Below the pieces are notes generated by a model, which did not search any database, was not told the DNA's origin, and saw nothing but the letters and a program-made list of their open reading frames with translations. 57,255 nucleotides of DNA, taken from positions 1-57,255 of the forward strand of contig JAUXHN010000003.1 in NCBI GenBank assembly GCA_030621515.1. The letters are read 5' to 3'. The position numbers were made by a program, and so were the translations under genes. The DNA comes from Deltaproteobacteria bacterium (GTDB lineage Bacteria > Myxococcota_A > Polyangia > JAAYKL01). This document shows positions 1-9,352 of this stretch, piece by piece; the stretch's first letter is position 1, and each line of letters starts with the position of its first letter.

Positions 1-1668
1 GCGGGTCCTCTTCTCTCATGGTTGGCCCTCCTGGCGATTGCAATAACGACCCTCTGGCCTCTCTTCAAGCGGGGCAGGGTATGGCTTGTTCCCGCAGCCG
101 GAGTTTGTCTTCTACTCGGCTTCCTGGGTCCCGTCTGGGCCGGTTCGGCGATCGCGCACACCCCACAAACCCTTGACAGGATCGACTCCGCAGGCGGGAT
201 GTCTCCGATGATCGGCAAGATCGTCCGCAAGCTGGGAGACGGGGACGGCGACGGCCATGCCCGCTGGATGGGCGGCCTGGATTGCAACGACGAGGATCCG
301 TCCATCCACCCGGGCGCACGGGAGATCCCGAACAACGATGTGGACGAGGACTGTTCCGGCGCGGACCTGGATCTCGATGAGCTTCGCGCCGCCGCCTCGG
401 GCGGTTCCGCCAGGGCCACGGGGGAGGGGATAACCTCCTATAAACGCCCGGATCTACCGGAGGATGTCTCCCTCTTCTTCATCACAGTAGACGCGCTGCG
501 CTGGAACGAGCCGGGGTTCATGGGCTACGAACGCCCGGTGACGCCGAACCTGGACAGGCTCGTGAAAAACGGAACCATCTACGATCGCGCCTACGCGCTG
601 GGATCGTACACCGGCCAGTCCATACCCGCCATGTTGACGGGCAAGTACACCTCGGAGCTATTGAGGAACGACAGGCACGAGTTGCGCGTGTCGGGCAAGG
701 AGAAATTTGCCGCCGAGTACATTTGCGGCGACAACGTTCGCTGCAACGCCATCCTCTCGCACTTCCTGTTCAAGCCACACTACGGCTGGAGCCAGGGATT
801 TCAGGAATGGCTAGTGTCGGGCGCGGCCCCGGAAGGCCCCGGGCATATTGACTCCAAGTACAACTCTCACATGGTGGCGAACAAGGCCGTCAATTGGTTG
901 AAGGACCCAGAGAACACGGCGGGCAGATTTTGGATATGGACCCACTTCATGGATCCTCACAAGGAGTACCTGGACCACGAGGGGTTCAGGCGGTTCGGAA
1001 AAGATCGACGATCTCGCTACGACCAGGAGGTACTCTTCACCGACCACCATGTGGGGCGGATGCTCGACTTCTTCATGACCCTCCCCTCGGCGAAGCGCAC
1101 CATCTTCATTGTGACCTCGGACCACGGGGAGGCGTTCAACGAGCATGGGCGATGGTGTCACGGCAAGGAGCTGTGGGAAGAGATAGTACGTGTGCCCATG
1201 GCCGTGGTCGGGCCCGGAATAGCCAAAAAACGGATCGCGCGGCAGACCAGCCACATCGACCTGTTTCCCACCTTCCTGGATATCTTCAACCAGAAGATCC
1301 CCGACGGTATACACGGAAGAAGTTTGCTGCCCGACTGGGTGGAGGGCCAGGAGATCCCGGAGAAACCCATCGTGGTCGACCAGCCGAAGAACCCGTACTA
1401 CGAGACACGGCGGGTGTTCATCAGGGACGGCTGGAAGCTCCACGATCTCCCCGATACGGGCACCCAACGCCTCTATAAAGTAACCGACGACTACGAGCGA
1501 GGTGATTCCCTGGTTTCGATCGAGCCGGAGAAGTACGCCGAGATCAAGGCGGCGTACGACCTCTTCATGGCCACGGAGTTCAAGCCCGTCGCGACCGTCA
1601 GTTACGGGGCGGATGCGGACGACGTGAACGAGATGCCCCTGCCGCCGGGGGCAGGGAAGAACCGTTGA
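1..1668 (+). CDS. Sulfatase-like/alkaline-phosphatase superfamily hydrolase-transferase with N-terminal TM segments and a MopE-like putative metal-binding motif (5' partial)
   Basis: Frame open from base 1. Motifs ITVDALR, SYTGQSIPAMLTG, HFMDPH, TSDHGE, HG, plus DCNDEDPSIHPGAREIPNNDVDEDC. Confidence 0.85.
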   Translation, partial: AGPLLSWLALLAIAITTLWPLFKRGRVWLVPAAGVCLLLGFLGPVWAGSAIAHTPQTLDRIDSAGGMSPMIGKIVRKLGDGDGDGHARWMGGLDCNDEDPSIHPGAREIPNNDVDEDCSGADLDLDELRAAASGGSARATGEGITSYKRPDLPEDVSLFFITVDALRWNEPGFMGYERPVTPNLDRLVKNGTIYDRAYALGSYTGQSIPAMLTGKYTSELLRNDRHELRVSGKEKFAAEYICGDNVRCNAILSHFLFKPHYGWSQGFQEWLVSGAAPEGPGHIDSKYNSHMVANKAVNWLKDPENTAGRFWIWTHFMDPHKEYLDHEGFRRFGKDRRSRYDQEVLFTDHHVGRMLDFFMTLPSAKRTIFIVTSDHGEAFNEHGRWCHGKELWEEIVRVPMAVVGPGIAKKRIARQTSHIDLFPTFLDIFNQKIPDGIHGRSLLPDWVEGQEIPEKPIVVDQPKNPYYETRRVFIRDGWKLHDLPDTGTQRLYKVTDDYERGDSLVSIEPEKYAEIKAAYDLFMATEFKPVATVSYGADADDVNEMPLPPGAGKNR

Positions 1669-1713
1669 CATAGAATCTATATGTCAAGTGGAGGGTTCCG
1701 ACCCCATATGTGC

Positions 1714-2487
1714 TCACGGGCAGTTGTCCGGGACCGGCGTGCAAGAGTCGTCGAGGTTGTCATAGACGTCGATCCAGCTGGGGCTACTTGCGAGCTGGTC
1801 CAGCAGCTCGCATACCTCACAGTCGGGCAGGACGTCGTTATCGTATACATGCAAGCTCCCCCCCAGCTCGGTGATGGCGCTGAGCCCGTCCAGGTTGGTC
1901 AGAGCCCCGTTGTAATCGACATACATTTCCCCCACCACCGAGGTGATCCCGTTCAGCCCGTCCAGGTTGGTCAGGATGTCGTTGGAGCTGATATACAAGC
2001 TCCCCCCCATCTCGGTGAGGGCGCTGAGCCCGTCCAGGTCGGTCAGGGCGTCGTTGGAGGCGATAGACAAGTCCCCCCCTATCTCGGTGAGGGCGCTGAG
2101 CCCGTCCAGGTTGGCCAGGGAGCCGTTGGAAAGGACATACAGGCCAGAACCGACCGAGGTGAGGCAAATCAAATCGTCCAAGTCGGTGCATAAGGGGCAC
2201 AGTACCAGCAGCTCGCCCGAGATCGAGGTGTATCCTGCCAGATCTGCGATCTGGGCCGGAGTGTTGACCTCGACATCCCCGGCATAGGCTCCCAGATCGC
2301 AGGTGTCCGAATCAGTGTCGGTATCGGTGTCTGTGTCGGTGTCTGTGTCGCTGTCGGAATCGGAATCCGAATCGGAATCCGAGTCGGAATCCGAGTCACT
2401 CGATCCACCGCCACCGCTATCGCCCCCGCACCCCCCGCAAACCAGCGCGGTGGCGAGCGCCGTCAAAAGCAAGTACCTCATTTCCAA
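1714..2487 (-). CDS. Lipoprotein with Ser-Asp/Thr-Asp linker and receptor L-domain-like Leu-rich repeats
   Basis: Signal peptide with LVCGGC, (SD)n(TD)n tract, repeated LTNLDGLSALTEIGGxLxI units, Cys-rich cap. Confidence 0.85.
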   Translation of the reverse strand: MEMRYLLLTALATALVCGGCGGDSGGGGSSDSDSDSDSDSDSDSDSDTDTDTDTDTDTDSDTCDLGAYAGDVEVNTPAQIADLAGYTSISGELLVLCPLCTDLDDLICLTSVGSGLYVLSNGSLANLDGLSALTEIGGDLSIASNDALTDLDGLSALTEMGGSLYISSNDILTNLDGLNGITSVVGEMYVDYNGALTNLDGLSAITELGGSLHVYDNDVLPDCEVCELLDQLASSPSWIDVYDNLDDSCTPVPDNCP

Positions 2488-2540
2488 GCCTTTCGTTTTG
2501 AACGTGTGGGCATTCTAGCATTGAACGGGGACGTTTGTCC

Positions 2541-4943
2541 TTATTCCGGCACGACGTTGCCCCATTCGGGTTCGGACGACGGGTCCTTGTCCCCGTATTC
2601 CTCGTCGTCTTCAGGCAGCACCCGGATCCCGCTCCGGCTGATGGGCATCCTCGACTCCGGAAGAGGATCTCCCTCGTGGTAGAACCGGAGCTCCTGGCTC
2701 AGCCCCTCAGCAAGCTCCGTCCGGTCTATCCTCCCGCGATCGAACATGGTTTTCATCACCCGGTGCAGGGAGTTCATCTTGCGCTCGGACACCTGGTTGC
2801 GCACGTAGGTTCCGTGACGGGTTATCGGGCTGGGCAGAAGCTTGATCAGGAAGACCGACTCCACGAGGTTGAGTTCGTGGGGCTCCCGCCCGAAGTAGTG
2901 GCTTGCCGCCTCCTTGATTCCGTACAGGGTCGGGCCGAATTCGATGACGTTGAAATACAGCTCCAGGATCTCGTCCTTGGTGAACTGGGACTCCATGTAC
3001 CAGGTGAAGAAGAGCTCCTGCAGTTTTCTGGCCACGGTCCGCTCCCGGTTCATGAAGAGGTTCTTGGCCAGCTGCATGGTGATGGTGCTGGCCCCGTGGC
3101 TCAGGCTGTCCTTCTTGAGGTTGAGCTCGATGGCTCTTTTTATCTCCGGGATGGTAACGCCCCGATGATGTCTGAACTTTCCATCCTCGGTGGTGAGCGC
3201 CGCCTCTACGAGGTACGGCGAGATCATGGAGTACGGCGTCCATCTGTCCGTTCCCGGGCCGCTGATCAGTCGCATGGGTTCTGCGTCAGCGCCATAGGCG
3301 GTGTAAGAGAACGGCCTTCGGAAATCCTGCGGGTTCGGTACGGTGCTGAAGTCCGTGATCTGGCAACGGTTGTCCAGGTTCACCTCCAGCGCAGTTTTTC
3401 CCGGCGCGTTCTCGTCGATGCCCAGTCGCATGTCCAGGGCGAACAACCCCTCCAGCTGTACTCCTTCCAGACGAGGTTTCAGCTGCGAGGGCACCGCCGC
3501 GAGGATCTGTCGGCACGCCGTGGGAGGGACGTTTCCGGAGATATCGAAGGCGAAACGATCGAACATCACGTTGCCCCGCAGGGTAATCCTGGCAAGCCCT
3601 CGCACCGCCATCAACCGCTCCAGATTGAGCTGTCCCTTGTCCTGTTCGTAGCTCGCCTTGAAATCCAGATGGGCATCGAGATCCTCGATGGACTCCGCCG
3701 CCAGTCTCGGATGACTTACCGCTAACCCCGAGATCGAAGCCTGGCCTTCGAATGCCAGCTTCTCCCCGTTGTCCTGTAATTCCACAACTACGGTTCCGTC
3801 GACCGATGCACGCCCCCACTCGATGTGCTCGTTGGGCATGAACATCTCGCCGACGGTCTTCAGCGGCATGTCCGGTATCTCGATGGAGACGCTCGGATCC
3901 TCGTCCCCGGGCCAACTCGCTCCCAACACCCAGCGAGCATCGGTTCCAGGCATCTGCCCGCTCGCCCGGATCGTCAACGCCCTTTTTCGTGTCAGGGAAA
4001 TCTCCCCGGACACGCCGGAGAGCTTCATTTCCAGGTTCTTGTCGCCCGATTTCGAAAGCACGCCGGACGCATCCAAAACGTCTACCTTTACCGAGATGCC
4101 CTCATCATCAACCGCAGGGCCGGACTCCGCCTGCACGTCGCCCTCTTCGATGCTCCCATCGGCCTCGGCCAGGCCTCCTTGCGAATCAACCATGCCGAGC
4201 GCGCGTGCGCTGTCCCTGGCGTCCTTGACGAGTTTTTCCAGATCCTGAGGGTCCACAGGCAGATCGAAGCCCGGCTGGTTCAAGGAAAGAGACACATGTT
4301 CTCTCTCGCTCCTCAACTGCACCTCGCTGGATTCCCCGAAAACAAGATTCCGTCCGAGATGAACCAGGGTGAAATCGTCGGTGTTGACAACAGCTCCTCC
4401 CTCGGTCGAAAACCGTCCGGACAACCCCTCCACGGTTACCGAGAACATTCCATCATCCGCGACGAGACGACCCGAAACGAGGTGGATCTCTGGGATGGAT
4501 CGCGTCGGGCCGGCGCCCTGTGCCTCTGCGTCCATTCCCTTCGAAACTCGTTCGATCAGCTCTCTCCACTCCACGGCCTGCGCTCCGTCCAGGGACTCAC
4601 CCATCCGGATCTCGAGACCGTCCACCCGGATACCGGTGAGATCGAGATCTCCCATCAACAGCGACCCTACCCGCACCCCGACCCCGAGGCTTTCAACCAG
4701 GACGAGCGGTCGTGAACCCTCCTTCGACCGGACCTCCACATTCTCGAAGACCACTGAAGAAAGCGAGATGTCTACGTCCTCGAAGGATATGTGAACGCCG
4801 AGTCGCTCCTCGACCCTGGGAATCAAACCCTCTATGATGCGCTCGTCGGCTCCGGATTGAAGAAACAGAAGCGCCAGGAGGCCCAGAACGAGCACCAATA
4901 TGAAGAGGGCCAGGAGCCAGCGCTTGATACCCATGATCGACAA
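2541..4943 (-). CDS. Large monofunctional peptidoglycan transglycosylase (GT51) with N-terminal TM and AsmA-like region
   Basis: C-terminal GT51 motifs EDGKFRHHRG, GASTITMQLAKNLF, RKLQE, KDEILELYFN. No transpeptidase domain. Confidence 0.88.
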   Translation of the reverse strand: MSIMGIKRWLLALFILVLVLGLLALLFLQSGADERIIEGLIPRVEERLGVHISFEDVDISLSSVVFENVEVRSKEGSRPLVLVESLGVGVRVGSLLMGDLDLTGIRVDGLEIRMGESLDGAQAVEWRELIERVSKGMDAEAQGAGPTRSIPEIHLVSGRLVADDGMFSVTVEGLSGRFSTEGGAVVNTDDFTLVHLGRNLVFGESSEVQLRSEREHVSLSLNQPGFDLPVDPQDLEKLVKDARDSARALGMVDSQGGLAEADGSIEEGDVQAESGPAVDDEGISVKVDVLDASGVLSKSGDKNLEMKLSGVSGEISLTRKRALTIRASGQMPGTDARWVLGASWPGDEDPSVSIEIPDMPLKTVGEMFMPNEHIEWGRASVDGTVVVELQDNGEKLAFEGQASISGLAVSHPRLAAESIEDLDAHLDFKASYEQDKGQLNLERLMAVRGLARITLRGNVMFDRFAFDISGNVPPTACRQILAAVPSQLKPRLEGVQLEGLFALDMRLGIDENAPGKTALEVNLDNRCQITDFSTVPNPQDFRRPFSYTAYGADAEPMRLISGPGTDRWTPYSMISPYLVEAALTTEDGKFRHHRGVTIPEIKRAIELNLKKDSLSHGASTITMQLAKNLFMNRERTVARKLQELFFTWYMESQFTKDEILELYFNVIEFGPTLYGIKEAASHYFGREPHELNLVESVFLIKLLPSPITRHGTYVRNQVSERKMNSLHRVMKTMFDRGRIDRTELAEGLSQELRFYHEGDPLPESRMPISRSGIRVLPEDDEEYGDKDPSSEPEWGNVVPE

Positions 4944-5068
4944 AGTCTTTCACGAACACTGAATAACTTCAACGTCCTCGTATACGAATCACATGTGATC
5001 AATCAAGGCGCATTTGTGGCCAACCATGCGCTTGAGGAAACCGCGGCCTTTTGCGAAGATAACCGGCC

Positions 5069-5557
5069 ATGGGACGCTTGATCAGGCAAACCGAAATGGA
5101 GACAATGGCCGGAGCGCTGGTGGCGCAGCTGGCCGATTTCGATCCGCAAGCGGTGGTCTACATCCACTCCCAGGGTCATTTTTCGGGCGAGGTTCTAGCC
5201 CGCTCTTATGGCGCGGATCTTTTCAAGCTGGACCTTCGATACCCCTTCAGCCGTGTACTCGCTTCGATCCCGAGACCGTTCCTCATTCCCCTGTGGCCAC
5301 TGAAGGAGTTGATGTACAAAGTTTCGGCTCCTTCACTGAAGGGAGCCGCGCAACTGCCAAGCCCGGGTGTTCGCATCACCCTGGTGGACGACTCGGCGAG
5401 CAGTGGACGAACTATCCGAATGGCCCTGAGCATTCTCGAGGACAACGGTCACAAGCGCAAAGACATTCGCGTTGCAGTGCTTCGATGCGGCGGCAGGGCA
5501 CAGGAACTGGTGGATCATTACGTCACCGGGAATCCGGTGATATTCAGTTTGAGATAG
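5069..5557 (+). CDS. Phosphoribosyltransferase (type I PRT) family protein
   Basis: PRPP-binding loop ITLVDDSASSGRT. Start may be 5096. Confidence 0.75.
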   Translation: MGRLIRQTEMETMAGALVAQLADFDPQAVVYIHSQGHFSGEVLARSYGADLFKLDLRYPFSRVLASIPRPFLIPLWPLKELMYKVSAPSLKGAAQLPSPGVRITLVDDSASSGRTIRMALSILEDNGHKRKDIRVAVLRCGGRAQELVDHYVTGNPVIFSLR

Positions 5558-5568
5558 GCTTCAAGGTG

Positions 5569-6048
5569 TTATCTGGTCTGGGCATGCCTTACGAATCTTC
5601 TCGCCACGTAGCAACGCAGTTGCTCTCTGGCGTCGTGCCCCATATCACAGAATGCCACGCCCATCCCCGCGCTTCCCTGGCCGTCTCCCACGTCGGCCCG
5701 TACGACCTTTCCCTTGACGGAAAATGGACGGCGGCTGGAGGGCAGGGAAAGCCGAAGGAGCAGCTCCTCGCCCTCGAATAACAGGAGATCCGAGTGCAGG
5801 TAAACTCCCACGGCGCTCAGGTCGAAACAGTCGAACGCCATGGCATCCCCATGTTCGTCCACCAGTTCGATTGACACGTCCTCTATGGATCTTCGGGAAC
5901 TCTTCCTGCGATTCGTCCGACGGGAAACCCCCGCAGTATCCACTACACATTGCTTTACGGCATGTTCGACGCGTCGCGGATTACCCATGAAATCATTTAT
6001 TCCATAACCGGGACCCGGGGTCAAAATCTTTCTATTATACTTCGCCAA
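5569..6048 (-). CDS. PilZ-domain protein (c-di-GMP receptor)
   Basis: RxxxR (RRKSSRR) and DxSxxG (DLSAVG) motifs followed by VKGKVVR...GMGVAF. True start may be downstream. Confidence 0.8.
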   Translation of the reverse strand: MAKYNRKILTPGPGYGINDFMGNPRRVEHAVKQCVVDTAGVSRRTNRRKSSRRSIEDVSIELVDEHGDAMAFDCFDLSAVGVYLHSDLLLFEGEELLLRLSLPSSRRPFSVKGKVVRADVGDGQGSAGMGVAFCDMGHDAREQLRCYVARRFVRHAQTR

Positions 6049-6069
6049 TCGATACTAATGCGTCTATTA

Positions 6070-7071
6070 TCACGGAAAAACCAGGATACGTTCCTCCCCG
6101 TGCACCGCGATCAATTTGTCCACGTGGGCGATCAATGCGTCTCTTCTGGCTAGCAAGAGCGCGATCTCCGATTCTTTTAGCAGCGCTCGACCCGGGCGAG
6201 TGGGCCCCCACTTCACGGTATCCATCACCGCTCTTGCTTCAAGCCTGCGCAACTTGGAAATCAGGGCGACGGAGAATCTCTGGCAAGACGAAAGCAGATC
6301 GTCCATTCTCATGCGTTGTCGATCGGACCACGTCGAGAAAGATCCGTTATTGTCGATGAGCACAAGGGTGGATCCGGAGCTGTCGGCGAACAGGTTCCCG
6401 CCCGAGAACCGATCCCAGTTTCCGGCCACGTAATCGAGCGTTACCATTGACGACGCGGGCGCAACGAGCGGTTCTTCGCCGGGCGTGGGACCGTCAATGG
6501 AGAGAAAGAAGTCAAGCTTCACGCGACCTTTGCGACCATCGAGCCCGGACACGACGATATCGTCCATCCAGGTGATCATCGCGCCGGGAATAGCCCCGTT
6601 GTCTCCCGTGCGCGCCTCTTTCCTCAGGGACGAAGCCACATCAGGGAAGTGTTTCTCCAGGTGTCCTGTGAGCCTGGGAAGCGGGATCTCGCGCATGGTC
6701 GAGGGGGGCACCCTCTCCACCCCGAGCAATCTTGCGAGGCGAAAGTAGGCAACCTCGAAACGGGCGGTGCCGTTGCCACGGCGCATGGGCTTGAAGACCG
6801 CGACATCGCCTTGAGTCAGCTTCACCTTCAACGACAAGGAGCGCATGGAGATCGGGCGCACACCGACTATTTTGCCGCTGACGAGATTCTCCGTCATGTC
6901 TCCGGGCAAGCTCGCGGACCGGCGAGGTTCCTCCACATTGGCGCGAGGGATCACATCCTTCTTCGCCACTTGCGTCACTCGTCGATCTTCCTCGCCCGCA
7001 TGCTCTCCTGTGCCCGAGCAGCTCAACGACAGGACTCCGAACAAGAACGCCGGTATGGGTATTCTGGTCAT
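6070..7071 (-). CDS. Exported Fam20C/Four-jointed-like atypical kinase, lipoprotein
   Basis: Lipobox LSLSC. Motifs AVFKPM, EVAYFRLARLLG.RVPP, DYVAGNWDR, LIDNNGSF, CQRFS. Confidence 0.75.
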   Translation of the reverse strand: MTRIPIPAFLFGVLSLSCSGTGEHAGEEDRRVTQVAKKDVIPRANVEEPRRSASLPGDMTENLVSGKIVGVRPISMRSLSLKVKLTQGDVAVFKPMRRGNGTARFEVAYFRLARLLGVERVPPSTMREIPLPRLTGHLEKHFPDVASSLRKEARTGDNGAIPGAMITWMDDIVVSGLDGRKGRVKLDFFLSIDGPTPGEEPLVAPASSMVTLDYVAGNWDRFSGGNLFADSSGSTLVLIDNNGSFSTWSDRQRMRMDDLLSSCQRFSVALISKLRRLEARAVMDTVKWGPTRPGRALLKESEIALLLARRDALIAHVDKLIAVHGEERILVFP

Positions 7072-7201
7072 TCACTCCCTCTTGTCTGAGATATACTAAC
7101 CGAATGCAGTCTTTACAAAACTAAAACGGTGGTCCTTGACAGCGGGCAGGAGCACCCTTTAAGGTGCTTGCCTCCTTTCGACGAGGTGGAGGGATAAGAA
7201 A

Positions 7202-7567
7202 ATGAAGAAAAAAGAGAAAGACAAGTTTAAGAAGATATTGATGGGCAAGCGGGAGAAGCTCCTGATCAATGCGCGCCAGACTCTCGATGAAGACATGACT
7301 CTTGACAAGGCCGATCTCGCTGACGAGATGGATCTCGCCTCCAGTGAGTACTTGCAATCCTTCCAGTTCCGCCTGAGGGGCAGGGAGCGAACATTCCTGA
7401 GCAAGATCGACAAGGCGCTGGTAAAGTTGAAGGACGGATCTTTTGGAGTTTGCGAGTACTGCGGCGAGCCCATCCACACCAAACGTCTCGAGGCAAGGCC
7501 CGAGACCAACTTGTGCATCAAGTGCAAGGAAGAGCAAGAACGCGAAGAACAGCAGTTCGGCGATTAG
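7202..7567 (+). CDS. dksA: RNA polymerase-binding transcription factor DksA (TraR/DksA C4 zinc finger)
   Basis: DEMDLA coiled-coil tip, CEYCGEPI..RLEARP...LCIKC. Confidence 0.88.
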   Translation: MKKKEKDKFKKILMGKREKLLINARQTLDEDMTLDKADLADEMDLASSEYLQSFQFRLRGRERTFLSKIDKALVKLKDGSFGVCEYCGEPIHTKRLEARPETNLCIKCKEEQEREEQQFGD

Positions 7568-7569
7568 GT

Positions 7570-9321
7570 CTACTGGACCGGAATGCTCACCAGGAACGTC
7601 GTTCCCCCACCTCGCACAGTCGTGAAGTTGATTCTGCCTCCGTGCGCCTCCACGATCTCCCTGGCCACCGCCAGGCCCAGCCCCGTACCGTTTTCCTTTC
7701 CCAGGGTGACAAATGACTGAAACAGGGAACCCTGAATCTCATCCGGTATTCCCGGCCCCGTGTCGGTAAAGCTGAAGATCAGTTCATCGCCGAGCCTGTC
7801 CACCTCGAAGATCATCTTCCCTCCACCGACCATTGCCTCGGCGGCATTGATGGCAATGTTATTGAACGCGCGGATCATCTTCTCGGTGTCCAACCGTACG
7901 GAGCCCGCCGTGCGCAGGTGGATCTCCAGTTCCACTCCGTTCGACTTGAGGTGCTGCTCGACCTGTGCCCTGAACTCATCGATAAACTCGGGAAGAAGGC
8001 AATTGCTGGGGAGGACCCGGCGCTCTCCCCTGGAGAAGGCGATGATCTCTGCGGCCATTCTGGTGATCCGGTCGAGGGCCGCGTTCACGTGCTCGAGGTA
8101 CTGGTCGCCCTCCTGTGTGTCGACCCTGGCCGCCAGCATCTCCGCATATCCCGAGACCACGGTGATTGGCGACTTGAGATCGTGAAGGACGCCCGCCAGC
8201 AACCTGCCCACGGTTGCGAGCCGCCGTTCGCGCTCACGCACGACACGATCCGAGAGATGATCCATGGCCGACGCGAGCTGAGCGGCCACGAGCCGCAGTA
8301 ACATCAGATCGGGCTCAGTGAACCCGACACCCGAGCCCCTGTTGGCCACGAGCAGAGCCCCTCGCATGGTTCTATCCTCGGGGAACGGAAGCGGTACTGC
8401 GGCCAGGTTCTCCACGGGGATCCCGATGCGTTTCTCGATACTGTACTGAAAACGCGGGTCTCCCGCCGGCTCGTCGATCAGGAGCTCCCGACCCCTGGCG
8501 GACACCCACCCGCAGAACCCCCTCCCGGCATCCACCCGGATGACCCTGCTCGTCTTCGCGTCCGAGGTCAGTACGCGGATCTGTGCGCCGCTGTCGTCCA
8601 TGCTGTGCAGGATGGCCACTCCGGCATCGCAGATCGTAAGCACCCTTCCGAGAATTGATACGGCCAGGGAGTCCAGATCCTCGGCCCGCGCCACGAGACG
8701 CTCGAGATCGAGCAGGAGGTTCAACTCCCTGTTTCGACGCTCGACGTCGACCTTGGCATTGGTGATGGCCCGGTTCTTTTCGACGAGGTCTATCATCATG
8801 ACCGAATTCTCGACCGTGAGCGCGAGCTGCCCGCACAGCAGGCCCAGGATCTCCAGATCCTTCCGGTCGAAAGTGCCGTCGATCCTGTTGAGCACCTCGG
8901 CGACGCCGATAACCGTGCCGTGTCGTCCGAGGATCGGATGACACAGGATGTCCCGTGTGGCGAAGCCGGTTTTCTCGTCCCAGGTTGGATCGAATCGCTC
9001 GTCCAGGCTGGTGTCGGTTACGATCAACGGTCTTGCGTGCCGTGCCGCCCAGCCGGCGATTCCCTGCCCGGGCCTGAGGCGAATCTCGGTTACGTCGTCG
9101 CCCTCGATGACTCTCGACAACAGATCTCCGTCGGAATTCACCAGGAAGAGCGTGGATCGCTCCGCCCCCATGAGCCGCGTCGTTCTCTCCACTGCCATGG
9201 TGAGGATCTCGTCGAACGTCATGGTGGATTCGAGGGCCAGGCCGATCTCTCTCAACACGCTGAACTGCTGCTCGGCCTTTTCGAGCCGACGTTCCATTTC
9301 GAGTATATTGAGTTCGGTCAC
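7570..9321 (-). CDS. Cytoplasmic GAF-GAF sensor histidine kinase
   Basis: Two GAF domains, H-box LHDLKSP, N-box NIAINA, DTGPGI, GTGLGL. GTG start at 9321 after a GGGGAG RBS. Confidence 0.9.
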   Translation of the reverse strand: MTELNILEMERRLEKAEQQFSVLREIGLALESTMTFDEILTMAVERTTRLMGAERSTLFLVNSDGDLLSRVIEGDDVTEIRLRPGQGIAGWAARHARPLIVTDTSLDERFDPTWDEKTGFATRDILCHPILGRHGTVIGVAEVLNRIDGTFDRKDLEILGLLCGQLALTVENSVMMIDLVEKNRAITNAKVDVERRNRELNLLLDLERLVARAEDLDSLAVSILGRVLTICDAGVAILHSMDDSGAQIRVLTSDAKTSRVIRVDAGRGFCGWVSARGRELLIDEPAGDPRFQYSIEKRIGIPVENLAAVPLPFPEDRTMRGALLVANRGSGVGFTEPDLMLLRLVAAQLASAMDHLSDRVVRERERRLATVGRLLAGVLHDLKSPITVVSGYAEMLAARVDTQEGDQYLEHVNAALDRITRMAAEIIAFSRGERRVLPSNCLLPEFIDEFRAQVEQHLKSNGVELEIHLRTAGSVRLDTEKMIRAFNNIAINAAEAMVGGGKMIFEVDRLGDELIFSFTDTGPGIPDEIQGSLFQSFVTLGKENGTGLGLAVAREIVEAHGGRINFTTVRGGGTTFLVSIPVQ

Positions 9322-9352
9322 CAGCTCCCCCCTGTCATGCTTGGGGCCGATA

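Noticed and set aside
1840-2240. Regularly spaced repeats as a possible CRISPR array
   Set aside because: Units are in-frame coding repeats with similar intervening sequence, and no cas genes are present.
2535-3725. Long antisense ORFs (also 811..1671, 8948..10012, 17967..19370, 19475..20698, 29476..30468)
   Set aside because: They mirror well-supported genes, are expected at high GC3, and show no recognisable motifs.
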